From the NCBI GenBank assembly GCA_964016885.1, contig OZ024742.1, positions 79,298,001 through 79,362,000 on the forward strand: a DNA stretch of 64,000 bases, read 5' to 3'. A program made the position numbers and the translations under genes. The notes beneath the pieces were generated by a model, which saw nothing but the letters and a program-made list of their open reading frames with translations, made no database searches and was not told the DNA's origin. Source of the stretch: Eledone cirrhosa. Its lineage: Eukaryota. Every line of letters starts with the position of its first letter. Within the stretch, counting starts at the first letter, position 1. Below are positions 14,239-28,900 of the stretch, in pieces.

Positions 14239-14555
14239 TTGGTGTCCTTTGATCAGTATTGTGAGCTTTGACAGAGTTATCATTTATGTTCAATGTCATT
14301 TAATGTCGTTATGAGCAATAAAAACAAACAAGTATTGGTAAAAATTGCTTTCACTGCTATGTTGCGCAATAAATACCAACAAGTATTGGTAGAAATTGCC
14401 TTCACTGTTATGAATATTCGACGTAAATTATTCAGACATTGGTGTCCTTTGATCAGTATTGTCAGCTTTGACAGAGTTATCATTTATGTTCAATGTCATT
14501 TATTGTCGATAATGAGCAATAAAAAACAACAAGTATTGGTAGAAATTGCTTTCAA
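14239..14555 (+). repeat. Tandem duplication (~200-bp period) in the Helitron 3' region
   Basis: TTGGTGTCCTTTGATCAGTATTGT.AGCTTTGACAGAGTTATCATTTATGTTCAATGTCATTTA at 14239 and 14439; ACAAGTATTGGTA.AAATTGC.TTCA occurs three times. Confidence 0.85.
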
Positions 14556-14946
14556 ATTTATTGCTTCTGATAGCGGTGGTAATAAAACCTCATCATATGC
14601 TGAGTCTGGCAAAAAGGTTGGATCCTATGGCCGGCCAGGGCTAGAGTAATATTGAAAAACGATTCTATTTTCGAAGTAGAAGGATCCGCCATTTGGAGTT
14701 CAAACCAGGCCACCTCCCCGAGTTGAACTCTAAGCAATATTGACTGTCTATTACTCAGTGGCTAAGAGCCTGGAAATTACTGAATAAATTTTTGTGTCAT
14801 ATAATTTGTTGTTTTATTATTATAGCTGACCACTTATAGATAAGCATGTTATCCATATCCATATTAATTTGGCATTTGTATAAACCATTTCAAGTAAATA
14901 GGGACCTCTTTTACATCTCGGACATCTTTTATATTAATTATTTATA

Positions 14947-15298
14947 TCTATATCTACATATAATATAAAAGATTGGAACTTCCATCATCCTTTTGAGAAA
15001 CGTGGAACAACCACGTCTATGCAATGATACACGTTTTACAGTCAGGCAGAAAATGAACCATCTCCTAGAGGTCACTATTCTAGGTGGGAGCACCTAGAAT
15101 TGTTCATATACTATGCACAAACGGTACAACGAAGAATCTGGTATATCTGGAAGATTTTGTTTACTGTTTTTTGTATCACACAGACACCACGGATTCACCT
15201 CATACTGTAACCAGACAAACATCCAATACAGTCATTTTCTCATTTACCTGTCTTCTCTTATCATCTGTTTACCCGGGCGAAGCTGGGTACGTCAGCTA
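14947..15298 (+). mobile_element. Non-autonomous Helitron
   Basis: Begins A|TCTATATCTACATATAATATAAAAG and ends with hairpin ACCCGGGCGAAGCTGGGT then CTAG|T (canonical Helitron termini). Confidence 0.8.
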
Positions 15299-16489
15299 GT
15301 TTATGATTATCCAAGTCTATTCTTTTGACACATTCAATTTGTTCTTTTGTATTTATTTACTTTTCATTGGTCCTTAAATGTCTATATATTTCTCTATTCG
15401 TTTCTATTCGTTTTAAATAGATGAATAACATTAATTTTCATTTATTAACTTAGTTTGTACTGATGGAAGGAAATATCACTCTTTTTAACTCCAAACTGAA
15501 TATTAATATTTATGTCGTAGCTATACAGTTTTACTGTCTAGAAGCAAATTACCAAACATATATATCAGAATTCCAAAGAAAATTATTGTCAATCATAATA
15601 AATAAATGGCTGATTTCACTTAAACTAACGCTTATACATATATATTTCAGATATCTTAATGGAGCAAAAGTCAGTTTCACACAAATATCCTTGGAACATT
15701 TCATGCCGAATGTAAACTGTCTGCTTCTAGAAATCCTTTGTTTCTTATTCTTTAATAATACCTTTGTTCTTTGTTTGAGCATCCTAGTTTTTCATGAATC
15801 TAAAAACCACGACTGGTAATTAATATATCATATTCGATTTAAGAATACTTTGAATGCAATAAATTATCATAAATTCTTTTGTAATTTGCCTACAGTCTGC
15901 TTTTGTTGGGTTATTTATTAACTAGTGTAGCTCTCCTCAAAACCGATGCTGTGCATTTCTGTCTCCTCTCAGTAATTATTTATGATTGGCTTCGAGTTTT
16001 GCTCTATTTTCTTCTGTTTCATTTCTCTTCTTTCAATTGTGTTCGTTCATTTCTCCGCTACCCACTTGCATATATTATTCTCTCTGATTCACTTACATAC
16101 TTCATTATTTATTCTTTTCCTCTCTGTCTGTGTGTGTGGGTGTGTGAGATTTTGTCTGCACATTCTCTCCCTCTTTTTCTCTCTCTTTCTCTCTCCCTCT
16201 CTCCATTTCCCCCCCTCTCTCTCATTATATATTTTATATATGTGTAAATTGAGTGTCTGCAGTACGAGGACCGGGAATACCACAAATAACACAGGAATGC
16301 GTCTGTGGTTCTCTTCTCTTCAGAAAGGTGAATTCTCCCGAGGTAGAGAGAATACTTTGCTGATATTCTTAACCCGATCACAACAGCATCTTCCGATATA
16401 GACGAGGTGCATCTGGGAGCGATGACTAATCTCTCGGAGGTGGAGGTCACAATAGAATTAAAGAGCTCACATGTGGCAAGATCAAGTGA

Positions 16490-16850
16490 GGGTGCTGTCA
16501 CTTCACTTGTTCATTATTTTCATGAACAGGATTGATATGCGCAGCCGGGCTCGAAGTGGTGTCAGAACTGACAAGTGCAGAATAAGTCGGCCGAAATTTG
16601 CTGACGACATGCTATTACTTAACTCGACAGAAGGCGGTCTCCGACTTGGACATGATAGGTTTGATGATGCGTGTTGCATGGCAGGAATGAAAATGAGTGC
16701 TGCGAAAACTGAAACACTCGTCCTCACAAGGAAGCCTGCGCAGTGCACTCTACTTGTGAATGGAGTTTCACGGAAGCATGTGGAGAAGTTCAAGTATCTC
16801 GGGGCCGTGCTCACGAGAGATGGAAGGCAGGAGGCTGAATTAACTGCCAC
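16490..16850 (+). pseudogene. RTE-like LINE reverse-transcriptase fragment
   Basis: LFIIFMNRI...KFADDMLLL...GMKMSAAKTETLV...VEKFKYLG. Confidence 0.8.
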
Positions 16851-18015
16851 CTGCTATTATTATAGTGTATTGTATTGTACTTATATTCGCTTTTACTGTC
16901 TTGAAATGTCGATCCTTTCACGGTACTGTATAATTCGTAGTGGTCATCATCAGTAAAGGACTACTCGAGACCTAAGCCAACATGTACCACTCTGGGATGG
17001 TAGTACATCTTGTGCTTTGTAAGGCATCGAAATGAAGACTGAACAATAAATATGTGTAGCATTCTTTGAGTCTTGATATTTCTTTTTGATGATTTGATAT
17101 TTCGGTTTTTCAGCATAGTTCTTTGTTCCGCATTGAGCATCTCTTCTTCCCACCCTGTCCCAACAATTCACCACTACATTTCCCTTCTTCATCTTCCCCT
17201 CACCGCAACTGCGACATTACCAACTCTTAGTAAACTCCACTTCTAAAATTGTCTATGAATTTGCTTCAGTAACCATCTAATGGCCGATTCACATTTCGCC
17301 GTGTATTTTTTCCCCTTGTTGTGTCAAGGTTAAAAATCTGTATGTGAATATGTTTGTTTGATAGAAGATCAGCTCATTATAAACTTCTATCTTCTCCAAC
17401 CACACAATCGAATCCATCATATGCCCCTTGTCCATATAACTTAAAAGTGAACCGCCCTTGCTCATCATCTGGTTATTTTCTGTATGAGGAAGATGTTGGA
17501 TGTCGAAGCAATTCCAAAGAAATACAATTCTAGGTCAGCCGAAATAAACAATTGTACTCTCTTCTTCGTTATTTCCAACAAGCGCACCTAAAACGCACTC
17601 AAAACACATACACACACACGCTCACATGCACATACACGCTCACACACACACTCACACATGCACACACACACATGTTTGTTCGGTTTTTCTATATCCTATT
17701 TATTCGTCCAACATGTTTATACTTATTCGTTGTCTGGAAGATTTCTAGTTTTGATGTTTTTTACCTATGTCTTGGTAATGTAATTTTTTGTTAACCTTTT
17801 CATAATATTTTAAGATGTTTGAATTAACAGTTTCTTTTCTCACACCGACGTGTTCATAATTTTTTCTTCAATTTCACCTGTTGCCATAATCTTTCTTTTG
17901 TTTTCGTAACATTTCTGTTTGTATTTCATTTTAAGCCTTCTTATAATGAATTACTTATTAAGAAAAAGTCCACTGATATTGGAAATGTTGGTTTTGTTTG
18001 TCTCTCTATCTCTCA

Positions 18016-18071
<56 letters not shown>

Positions 18072-18106
18072 ATACATAAACATACATACATACATACATA
18101 CATACA

Positions 18107-18139
<33 letters not shown>

Positions 18140-18513
18140 CTTTACACAAGTATAGATATATATAAAGACGTCCAACCAATACCAAGTTTTGCTCTATGAA
18201 AGAATTAATTTTTCTGTCTTGAATTTTCTTTCTTGACTGAGAAAAGTCTCTTGATAACTTGAGATTTCTCACAATACTCGGAGTATTGCTATATTTTCAG
18301 TGAAACTGCAGTAGGGACATTAAAGTAAGTAAGTAAATACTTTTTTATTATCTGGTATCTAGTTTGCTTTCCCCAGATATGATTATATATATATGTTTGT
18401 TATCTAACCTGATTGTATTTTCGTTGCTTTGGTGTATTATGTGGCTAGGCCAACTTGCCGCAGTTTCAATTTGTCACGCTATCTAATGTATGTTAATTAC
18501 TCTAAGGTGATAC

Positions 18514-19375
<862 letters not shown>

Positions 19376-19416
19376 ACTGTATATATATATATATACTGTA
19401 TATATATATATATACC

Positions 19417-19513
<97 letters not shown>

Positions 19514-20023
19514 TATATATATTCATTAGTTAGGCAAAACAAGACCACAAATTTCACAAGGAAGACATTATTAAAAGATTGTCAACATATTTTAGTTTGA
19601 TGTAAGGAATGTAGAGAATAATAATAATAATATTAATAATAATTGTTTCTACTTTAGGCACAAGGCCAGCAATTACCCAGTACATTACTGGTACTTTATT
19701 TAATAATATTAATAATAATAATGTCCGTTTACAATTGTTTCGCTCCTCCATATAATATTTCTGGATCAGATGACTATATATCATTATTGATCTGGTTCAG
19801 TTGAAAATAATTAACATATTTGCTTAACTAATGAATATTTCCAGCTCTGCGCGCCTAACTTCTGCATGAACCCAGCCACCTAGCTGCTTTCTACTGCATA
19901 TTGCACATTGAGCACATTGAGCACATGCCTTTACGCTTTGGCTTCTAACTAATTCACCAATCTCTCCTCTCCTATCTCCTCTCCTATCTCCATCTCTCTC
20001 TTTAAGATTGGTTACTCTTGAAC

Positions 20024-20101
<78 letters not shown>

Positions 20102-20705
20102 TGATAACAGTACAGCTACCATGGCTTGATTCATAAGAGCATTCTATATGAAGGTATATACAATTTTTAAGATATGTTACTAATAAGCATATATAGGTCT
20201 CGCTTTGGTTACTATAAGCTATGATAATGTCATATGTGCCTTAGACAATATGTGAGAACGCCAGACGCTAATGTTACAGGGTTTTTCATCCATAATCAGT
20301 GACGTTTATTCACTAGGTATAGGGACAAGATAAAAGTGTAACTTATATACGTTTTCCGTGTAAAATATCTGCTCAGTTAATCCATATTTTTGGAAAGTTA
20401 TTCAGATAATGTATTATGATGGTACAATTATGTGGGACGTAAGTGAAAAGCAATAGCTAGCAAATGTATCAATAGGCAAGCAGAGAAATGATTATTTAAA
20501 AGGCATCCTCATTTTCCTAATCCTAGGCTGCTTGTTCCTAATTTAGGTTAGAACCTGGACCAAAACCTTTTTCAGAGGCAATCAGGTGAACCCAGCCTCA
20601 GAAGTAAGTTCCGAGAGTCCTGATTACTGTCCATCTAGATTAAATAGTTTCCATAAACTCGTGCAGGTATCCTGGTAATCAATATTATATCTTAATATGT
20701 TAATA

Positions 20706-20980
20706 CGCCTGTGGCTTATAGTTTAGCGTGCTGTAATTTCATGAGTTCGATTCTAGGGTAGGGTAGCACGTTGTGTCATTGAGTAATATATTTTATTTCA
20801 CTTCGCTCTAGTGAAATTAACCCGGGAAAATGAGCTGTGATAACACCGGTGCCAAGCTGTATCACCCTCTGCTTTTCCCTTGGACAAAATCAGTGCCATG
20901 GAGAGAGGAGTTTTGCATGCATAGGTGACTTGGATTTTCACAAAACAACCCACCTAGGCTAGTACATTGGTGAAGCAAAC
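20706..20980 (+). mobile_element. Decayed tRNA-derived SINE
   Basis: GTGGCTTATAGTTTAG (A-box-like)...GAGTTCGATTC (B box)...GTTGTGTCATTGAG.AA. Confidence 0.55.
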
Positions 20981-21625
20981 CCATCGTCACTTAGTCATAG
21001 ATGCAGGATCCCTGGCCAGTTAATATCGAAGGTGTCCCTCTAAGTTAATGGCTTGATTCATTCTACATGTGTGAGTTATAAATGCTTTAAACATAGATCT
21101 ATTCAGCAGTTTAGCTAAATTTCTTCATCTATTTTGAGAAGTGAAAACGTGTAGAATAATATAGAGGCGTGCACACACACATATGCACACTGTTACACCA
21201 TTACAGAGACAGCTCCACAAACACAAGCTTTCAACAAATCTGTCTCAATTTCTACCTTTTTAAATGTGTAAGAGTTAAAAGTGAGTTTTAAAGACGAGTT
21301 CGGCAGTGACAAATGGAAAATGAAATATATAAAGTTTTATTTTGTACATCTTGGAATATTTAGAAGTAAATTACGCATTCTTCATGTTTTAAAACGAATA
21401 AATTCACTATTGATCACAAAATTCTCTGCTGGAAACTTTTTAAGAAAAGAGAAAACCATAAGCTCGAACATAAATCAACGCACACACAAATACAGCTACA
21501 AATGCACATACACACATGCAAACCTACATATACACTCACACAGAGAACGGATGCATAGAGTTGTGTATAATGTGTATGTTTATGTGTCTGTATAAATAAA
21601 TAAATACACACACACACACAAATGC

Positions 21626-21694
<69 letters not shown>

Positions 21695-21735
21695 CACACA
21701 TATATATATGTATATAAAACATAGACATAAAACAT

Positions 21736-21836
21736 ATACAGTGATGGAGAGATTGGGGAACATTTCCATATATATATATATATAAATCTCTATATATATA
21801 TATGGAAATGTTGCCTAATCTCTCCATCACTGTATT
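21736..21836. repeat. Short fold-back palindrome; a single related arm lies at 23122-23158
   Basis: ATACAGTGATGGAGAGATT.GG.AACATTTCCAT / ATGGAAATGTTGCCTAATCTCTCCATCACTGTAT around a TA spacer. Confidence 0.8.
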
Positions 21837-21838
21837 TG

Positions 21839-21970
<132 letters not shown>

Positions 21971-22527
21971 ATATATAACACGCACACACGCGCAGATATA
22001 TATGTGTGTATGTATCAAAGTGAATTTCTAAATAAAAATGTTCAACATAAACATTTTGACACTGTCTAGGATAATAAAGAATATTCTAGAGTTATTAATT
22101 TTAAAATCAAAATAAAAACACACCTAAATTCATTAAAAGCTTTTAAAACTGAATACATTCTGAGATAATAAAACATGAAGGAAGAAATAAAAAAAACGAA
22201 ACACGCGTAAAAGGAATGAGAGAATAGCGGATTCACAGACACACTGACACACCGTACACACACACACACTCACACACACACACGCACGCACACACACACA
22301 CACACACGCGCGCACACACACACATATAAAAGGTAATCTAACTAGGATTTTCAATATCATTTGCTTTTTGTATACATATTATGTCTGTCTGTCAGCCAGT
22401 GTGTCTTTCTTCTCATATATATGCGCGCGCACGCACACACACGCGCGCGCACAGACACACACACACACAGATATATATATATAAATATATGTATATAATA
22501 TATATATATATATACATTTGTATATTG

Positions 22528-22565
<38 letters not shown>

Positions 22566-22568
<3 letters not shown>

Positions 22569-22767
22569 TAGTTCCACAACAGTTAGTTCAACATACCGAG
22601 AACAAATGTTTCACCTTATGCGGATCTTCAGCTCGTTCTGAAGATCCCAATCAGGTGAAACATTTGTTCCCGGTATGGTGAACTAACTGTTGTGGAACTA
22701 CTTCTACCAAATTCGTCCCATGGACTGAGTGCTCTACTACTAGTGATACAACGCTCCAGTATTCTAC

Positions 22768-22770
<3 letters not shown>
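22566..22770 (+). mobile_element. PLE terminal-repeat fold-back with hammerhead motifs on both arms (same family as 49698-50348)
   Basis: Palindrome 22566-22703 between (TA)n tracts; the minus arm reads CGAG-CTGAAGA-TCCGCATAAGGT-GAAAC-ATTT-GTT-CTCG; tail CGTCCCATGGACTGAGTGCTCTAC is shared with 50290. Confidence 0.8.
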
Positions 22771-22855
<85 letters not shown>

Positions 22856-23180
22856 TTAATCACATAAACATATATACTATTAAAAATGCAGCAGCTTCTT
22901 CAAATATGACTGAGTTGTATATCAACGCTTATTCAGATGACAAAAGTATGTGAATTACATGACAATTTGAGTGCAATATATTTACTTCTATATTGTCATA
23001 GAACATCATTACTTCAGTCGTATGAATAATTTGCAGCATTAAACTCTGTGATGTGATTCCCGAAGATTCAGTTCCCCGTAAAATATTCTAAAATATACAC
23101 ATACTATATTTTTCTGTTTCTAAATGGAAATGTTCTCCAATATCTCCAGCACTGTATGTTTACACATACACACACACATA

Positions 23181-23216
<36 letters not shown>

Positions 23217-23239
23217 CAGATATATTCACATATATGTGT

Positions 23240-23345
<106 letters not shown>

Positions 23346-23663
23346 CGCGCAAATCAAATATTTGCAAAGAATCATACAATGAACTTCGAATATATGTGTG
23401 TGCATATATAAATGTAAATGTGTGTAAAATAATTTTGATTTGTCTTATTTTTCAATAAAATGTATTTTGCTTTAAAATACTTCCTTTTTAAAACGTAATT
23501 AGTGAGTAAAAATACAGAAATTGATAGAAAATGTTAAAAGTAATTGACAAATATAGCAACAAAAACAATTGTGACTCAGAAATTGTATTAAGTCAACGTG
23601 GAACTTACAATATAACGAATTTAGTTGAAGATCTCATACGAAGCTTCTCAGGAATGTATGCAC

Positions 23664-23762
<99 letters not shown>
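23664..23762. repeat. (TATC)n microsatellite at the 5' junction of Tx1-like LINE copy 1
   Basis: Pure tetranucleotide run; the same repeat resumes at 29599 after the element. Confidence 0.95.
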
Positions 23763-23980
23763 AGACGTGTGTCACTTCGCGGAGAAGTTTCCGTTAATTT
23801 ATGTAAGAAAAAAACGTGAGTTTTTAGTTAAATTTTATATCATTGTGTAACTTGACCACCCGTCTGGACCTTCAGGTGGTGGGTCAACTCATTTTCGCCC
23901 CCTACAGGGGCGGAATATCCATTTAAAAAATTTTTCTCCATCGAATCTTGGAAAAAATATTGTAAAATTTTGATTACGTT

Positions 23981-25877
23981 ATGAACGCTGCGTCCAACGA
24001 TAATGGTGGTGGAGAGGCGGTAAGACTACAAAGCTCGCAGTCAACAACGTCTTCTTCACTAGATACTATAGAGATGGAAAGACAAAATGAAAATAAAAAA
24101 ACGAATTCATATCCAAACAACACAAATGACACCAAACAGTTCAATAACAACAAAAATAACAGCAAAACCAATAATGATGATAAAAGCAACAATGATAACA
24201 ACAACAAAGAAAAAAATAAAGACAACGCCAACAACAACACCAAGGAAAATACGATTGATACCAACATCGGTGACAACAAGAATAACAACAAGAATAACAA
24301 CAATAATGACAACACCACCAATACGGATTCCACAAAGAAACAAAAAATCTCCTTTGCAGAGAAAGTTCAAAAGAAAGAAGAATTGATATATCTCGACATA
24401 ACAAATGCTGAACAACTTTTAAAGGACGCTAAGAGATATGTCACTTTCGAAAAAAATGGTGCTTTCAGCATCAAATTCTCCGGTAGAAATTCGCAAGGAA
24501 ACTGCTCTCAAAGCGATAGTTTTTAGGACAGTTTCCAATTCTACCCGAAAACCAGTCCAATTGTCACAGACAGAAATAGAACTGGTTTTCAAAAATTCAA
24601 TGAATGATATTGCATTCATTCAAAGAAGCAAACTTTTTGGGAGTATTTCGGTACTCATGAAGGATCAATTGACGGCCCAAAATTACTCTGTGTCGCCAAT
24701 TGTATCCAACCTGTACACCTTTTTCCCTACATACATGGGAAAAAGGACACAAAAGATCAGAATCACAAGTGTCACACCAAAGGTGAACATATGGTGGATA
24801 CTGTGCGGCTTCATCAATTTTGATGAAGACAGAATACTGTCAGTAGGAAAGTCCCCCAGAGATGTATTCAATGGGACTAGCATTGAAGTTCTGGTGCAAA
24901 TGAGCCCAGAGCGAATAGCTATGATCCCACAGCGTGTACTCCTGGACGGACTCACCTACATAAACCTTTCGGTTGAGGGTAGGCGGCCTTCATGTTACCA
25001 TTGCTTTAGCAGGGGTCACCTGAGGGCTTCCTGTCCTAAACTAATGAACCAAAAAAAGGCTCTTCTGCCGACACCCATCAAAACAACACAACCACCAACA
25101 CCACCACAACTACAACAACACCAACACACAAAAATAACCACAACAAACACAGTCCCACCCAACCCCACTCCACCTAAAACCACTGCAAAATCACATACAG
25201 ACACAACAGCTCCCCAAGACATACCCCTCCCCAATCACACAGACGATACAACAGATGAGGCTATCTCGCCATCACCCAGTGAAGACGAGGGAGAACCCCA
25301 TCGCTCGAAAAGAAAGAAAAGATATCACAAAAGCAAAAAACCAGCAAACACTACCACAAACATACAACCACCAACACAAACAACAAAAATATCACAAACA
25401 AAACCCCCACCTGCTGAAAACAAAATACCTACAACAAAACGAAAGCACACACAAGAACTACAGACAAAAACAAACACAACACAAGAAAATTACACTTACA
25501 CTTACATAAACACTGAAATCAAAACACTAATGGAGACCATCACGAACGACCCTTCGGTTTTCACCGAAGGGAAAACTTTCACCCACTCTATTAAAAATAG
25601 CAAAAAACTGAACCTAAAACTGATTAGGGTCCCTATACAAACTTATAGGTCCCTAAAAGAAACATTTGAGAAGGATGTGGGTAATTCCTGCGTGAAACCA
25701 CTCAACCGCGTCCTTCTCAAATGCCTCCCCACCCCAGACACCCCCATCCCACCAGACCCCACCCCACCAAACATCTGCAGCCCCACCCCGCCAGAAACCA
25801 CCACCCATCCAGACAACCCCTCCAACACCCCCATGGAAATCGTGAGGCCTGGTCCCCAGAAGGCGAAGGGTGAGTGA
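23981..25877 (+). pseudogene. ORF1 (gag-like): Asn-rich N-terminus, CYHCFSRGHLRASC zinc knuckle, Pro/Thr-rich C-terminus; one frameshift near 24450
   Basis: ORFs 23981-24526 and 24438-25877 are homologous in series to ORF1 of copy 2 (30003 onward). Confidence 0.85.
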
Positions 25878-25910
25878 TCTCTTTTCCTCTTTTAACTTTT
25901 CAGCAGCAAC

Positions 25911-28900
25911 ATGGCCAATATAAGAGTTGGATGTGTGAATGTACGCAGCCTGGGGATGGCCTGGAAACAGGGCAAAATCTTAAACGACCTCAGGTCGCAC
26001 AGTATGGATGTGGTAGCCATTTGCGAGTCCAGGATCCACGGCGAGCGACAGCTGGCCCCCATCTTCGATAACTTTGAGATCTACGCATCTCTCTGTCAAC
26101 CGGGGGGTGGGGGAGGAGTTGCCATTTTGCTGCGGAAACACCTGGGCCTCGTAACACAGACAGTACATCTGGACCCGGAGGGTCGACTGGTGGTCCTAGA
26201 CGTTGACGGTAGTGAAGGTGGAGCCTTCAGGCTGGTGGCCGCATATGCCATGCCCCATCCGGGACACCGCGGCCAGACTTCTTCAAACGTCTAGAGACTT
26301 TTCTGGGAACGTCCCGCTCCTTGCTTTTAGTGGGGGACTGGAATGGAATCCTAGATGCACGTTGGGACTATGTGGGAGCATGTCCCGATAAAGGGGGGTG
26401 TAACAGCCTCAAACAGTTAATCGACCGATTTGACCTGGCCGATAGATATCGACTAGATTTTCCGACTGCGCCACTGTGGACGTGGAGTAATCGTAGCGGA
26501 ACATCTAGATCGTACCTAGATAGGGTTCTAGTTAGAAATAAGGATAGGGACATGTTAAGCTGTCCACAAATGTTCATGGTTGCCTATTCAGATCACAAAC
26601 TAGTGACCTGCATGGCCAACCTTGATAGAACCCATAGACAAGGACCCGGCTACTGGAAGCTGAACTTGTCGTTACCGACAAGCAAAGCCTACAGTAGACG
26701 GATTAGCACTTTAGTTAAACAGCAGTTGACAGGGGCCATTGTCAACAACAGATGGTGGTACACTCTCAAGAGGGCAGTTAGATTAGACTCGATAGTTTTT
26801 AGTAAAGAATTAGCGTTAGATAGAAATAGAACCGAGAAGGAACTGGTAGATAAAGTAGAAGAGGCAATTAGAAGTGGCAACGTAGCCAGCGTGCTAGCAA
26901 CGAGAACGGCCTTGGACCAGTTCTTCGACGCAAAGCACGAGGGCTGCGTTGTCAGAAGCAAAATACGTGCTCTGGGAAACGAGGGAGCCAAAGCTGTTAG
27001 CTGGGCCCGAGTGACGGAGGCAAAAAGTGGCAACAAGTCCACGATTCGGTCTTTGAAGGACCAAAACGGACGCGTGATACGTGAGCCGAAGCAGATGTGT
27101 GCGGCTTTTCAGCGGCACTTTGCTCGGCTGTTCGGGGGGAGCGGCGCGCCGGGAGAGGCTATGGATTTCGGTCCATAGCTCGACGGCCTACCGCGACTCT
27201 CGGACAGCGAGGCAAAGTTCTGCGAAAAGTCGATTTCAGCCACTGAGATAGGGAACGCGCTGAGCCAATGCGGCAAACGCAAATCTCCAGGTCTCGACGG
27301 TCTACCCTACGAATTTTACGTAGCAATGCCGGACTTATTCTCCGGTCTCCTGGAAGCGGTCTACTGCAACTGGCAACAGAACGGGAGAATTCCCAGTTCT
27401 GTAACCGGGGGCGTGGTCACACTAATCAGGAAGGACGAGAATAAGGGGGATGACATAGGCAACTTCCGGCCCATAACTCTGCTAAACACAGAGTTACAGA
27501 TTTTGGCCAAGGTGTTGGCAAAGAGGCTGGCGCTTGTCGTCGAGAACCTGGTGGGAGAAGCGCAGACATGCGCAATCCCGACCAGGTCCATACACGACAA
27601 CCTCCATCTCATGCGATACATCATAGAGAGGGTAGGGTGTAAACCCGGCATCGGTGGGGCCCTGATCAACTTGGATCAGTCTAAGGCTTTCGATAGGGTT
27701 GACCATCGTTACCTGGATGCGGTGCTCGAGGCGGCAGGCTTCGGACCCGTGTTCAGGGGCTGGATTGCTGCAATGCACAACAGCAACATCTGCTCAAGGG
27801 TCAAGGTGAACGGCTACCTCTCGGAGCCGTTCCATATTACGCGATCCATTCGACAGGGATGCCCTCTCTTCTCCCTTCTGTACGTACTGACTCTCGAGCC
27901 ACTACTGCGGAAGCTGGTCCTATTGCAGGGCATCCCTCTGGAACCGGGACTGCGGAAAGCGGCGTCGGCCTACGCCGACGACGTGACAGTAATGGTGTCG
28001 AGCGGCTCCCAAATTGAGGAAGTCGGCACCTTACTGAAGGAATACGAAAGTCTCACAGGAGCGAAGCTGAACCGTGACAAGTCCATCGGTTTGCAATTCT
28101 CGGATCGTGGAGAGGCAGACCGATGCCTTCCGATGGCGTCGTCGGACGCTGGACGGAAGGACCGGTAAAGCTGCTCGGGGTCTGGTTTGGTCCGGACCTC
28201 CAGGTGGAGAAGAACTGGCACGAAGTGACGGCCAAGGTGTTTACACTCACCCAGAAGTGGGCCGAGTGCAAACTATCCTTGAAAGGTCGAGCGGAGGTGG
28301 CGAACACTTTTATAGCGTCCACCATCTACTACCGCTTGACCGTCGTGCCTTGTCCAGCCAAAACGCTCGCCAAAATGGAGCGCGCGCTCTTCAGATTCCT
28401 TTGGAAGAGGCGAGCTCCTTTGGTGAGAAGATCCATCTGCTGCCAACACCCTTCTAACGGAGGGCTGGGTATGCCGTGGTTGACGATGCGCAAACACGCG
28501 CTCAGGCTGCGGCATCTCTACGTATTTCTCACCGGACAACCGGTGTGGGCCCCGTTCGTGAGGCGAGCCTTCCCACGACTCGTCTCGCTTCGCTGACCGA
28601 GCTGCAGTCCTGGGTCAAGCAAAGACCGAGGGAAATGGGCCACTGGCACATCGAATGTGCTCAGGCGCTCACAGCCCTCTGGAAGGCGGACCCGGCGATC
28701 AGTGGAGACTCCACTTCGTCATTCTATAGAGGGTTGGTCCGCAACAAGTGCGACGACGCGCTCGGTGAATCTCTAGGCGTAGAGGAAGATGAACTGGCCA
28801 GTCTGTTCGGTAGGACCTTCCGCCCGGGACCGATGGACAACTTCCAAAAGTCCCTGGCCTGGCAGTGCTACCGAGGAGCTCTACCAGTTCGGGACAAGCT

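Larger units (their letters stand above)
9403..14653 (+). mobile_element. Helitron-like element, decayed autonomous copy; boundaries tentative
   Basis: Contains Rep and PIF1-helicase ORF fragments; 3' palindrome TGGCCGGCCA (14628-14637) followed by CTAG (14641-14644); short inverted match AATATTATTCT (9403) / AGAGTAATATT (14643). Confidence 0.7.

Noticed and set aside
17050-17540. Possible BEL/Pao integrase C-terminal remnant on the minus strand (LRVGNVAV...)
   Set aside because: Too degenerate to support without a profile search.
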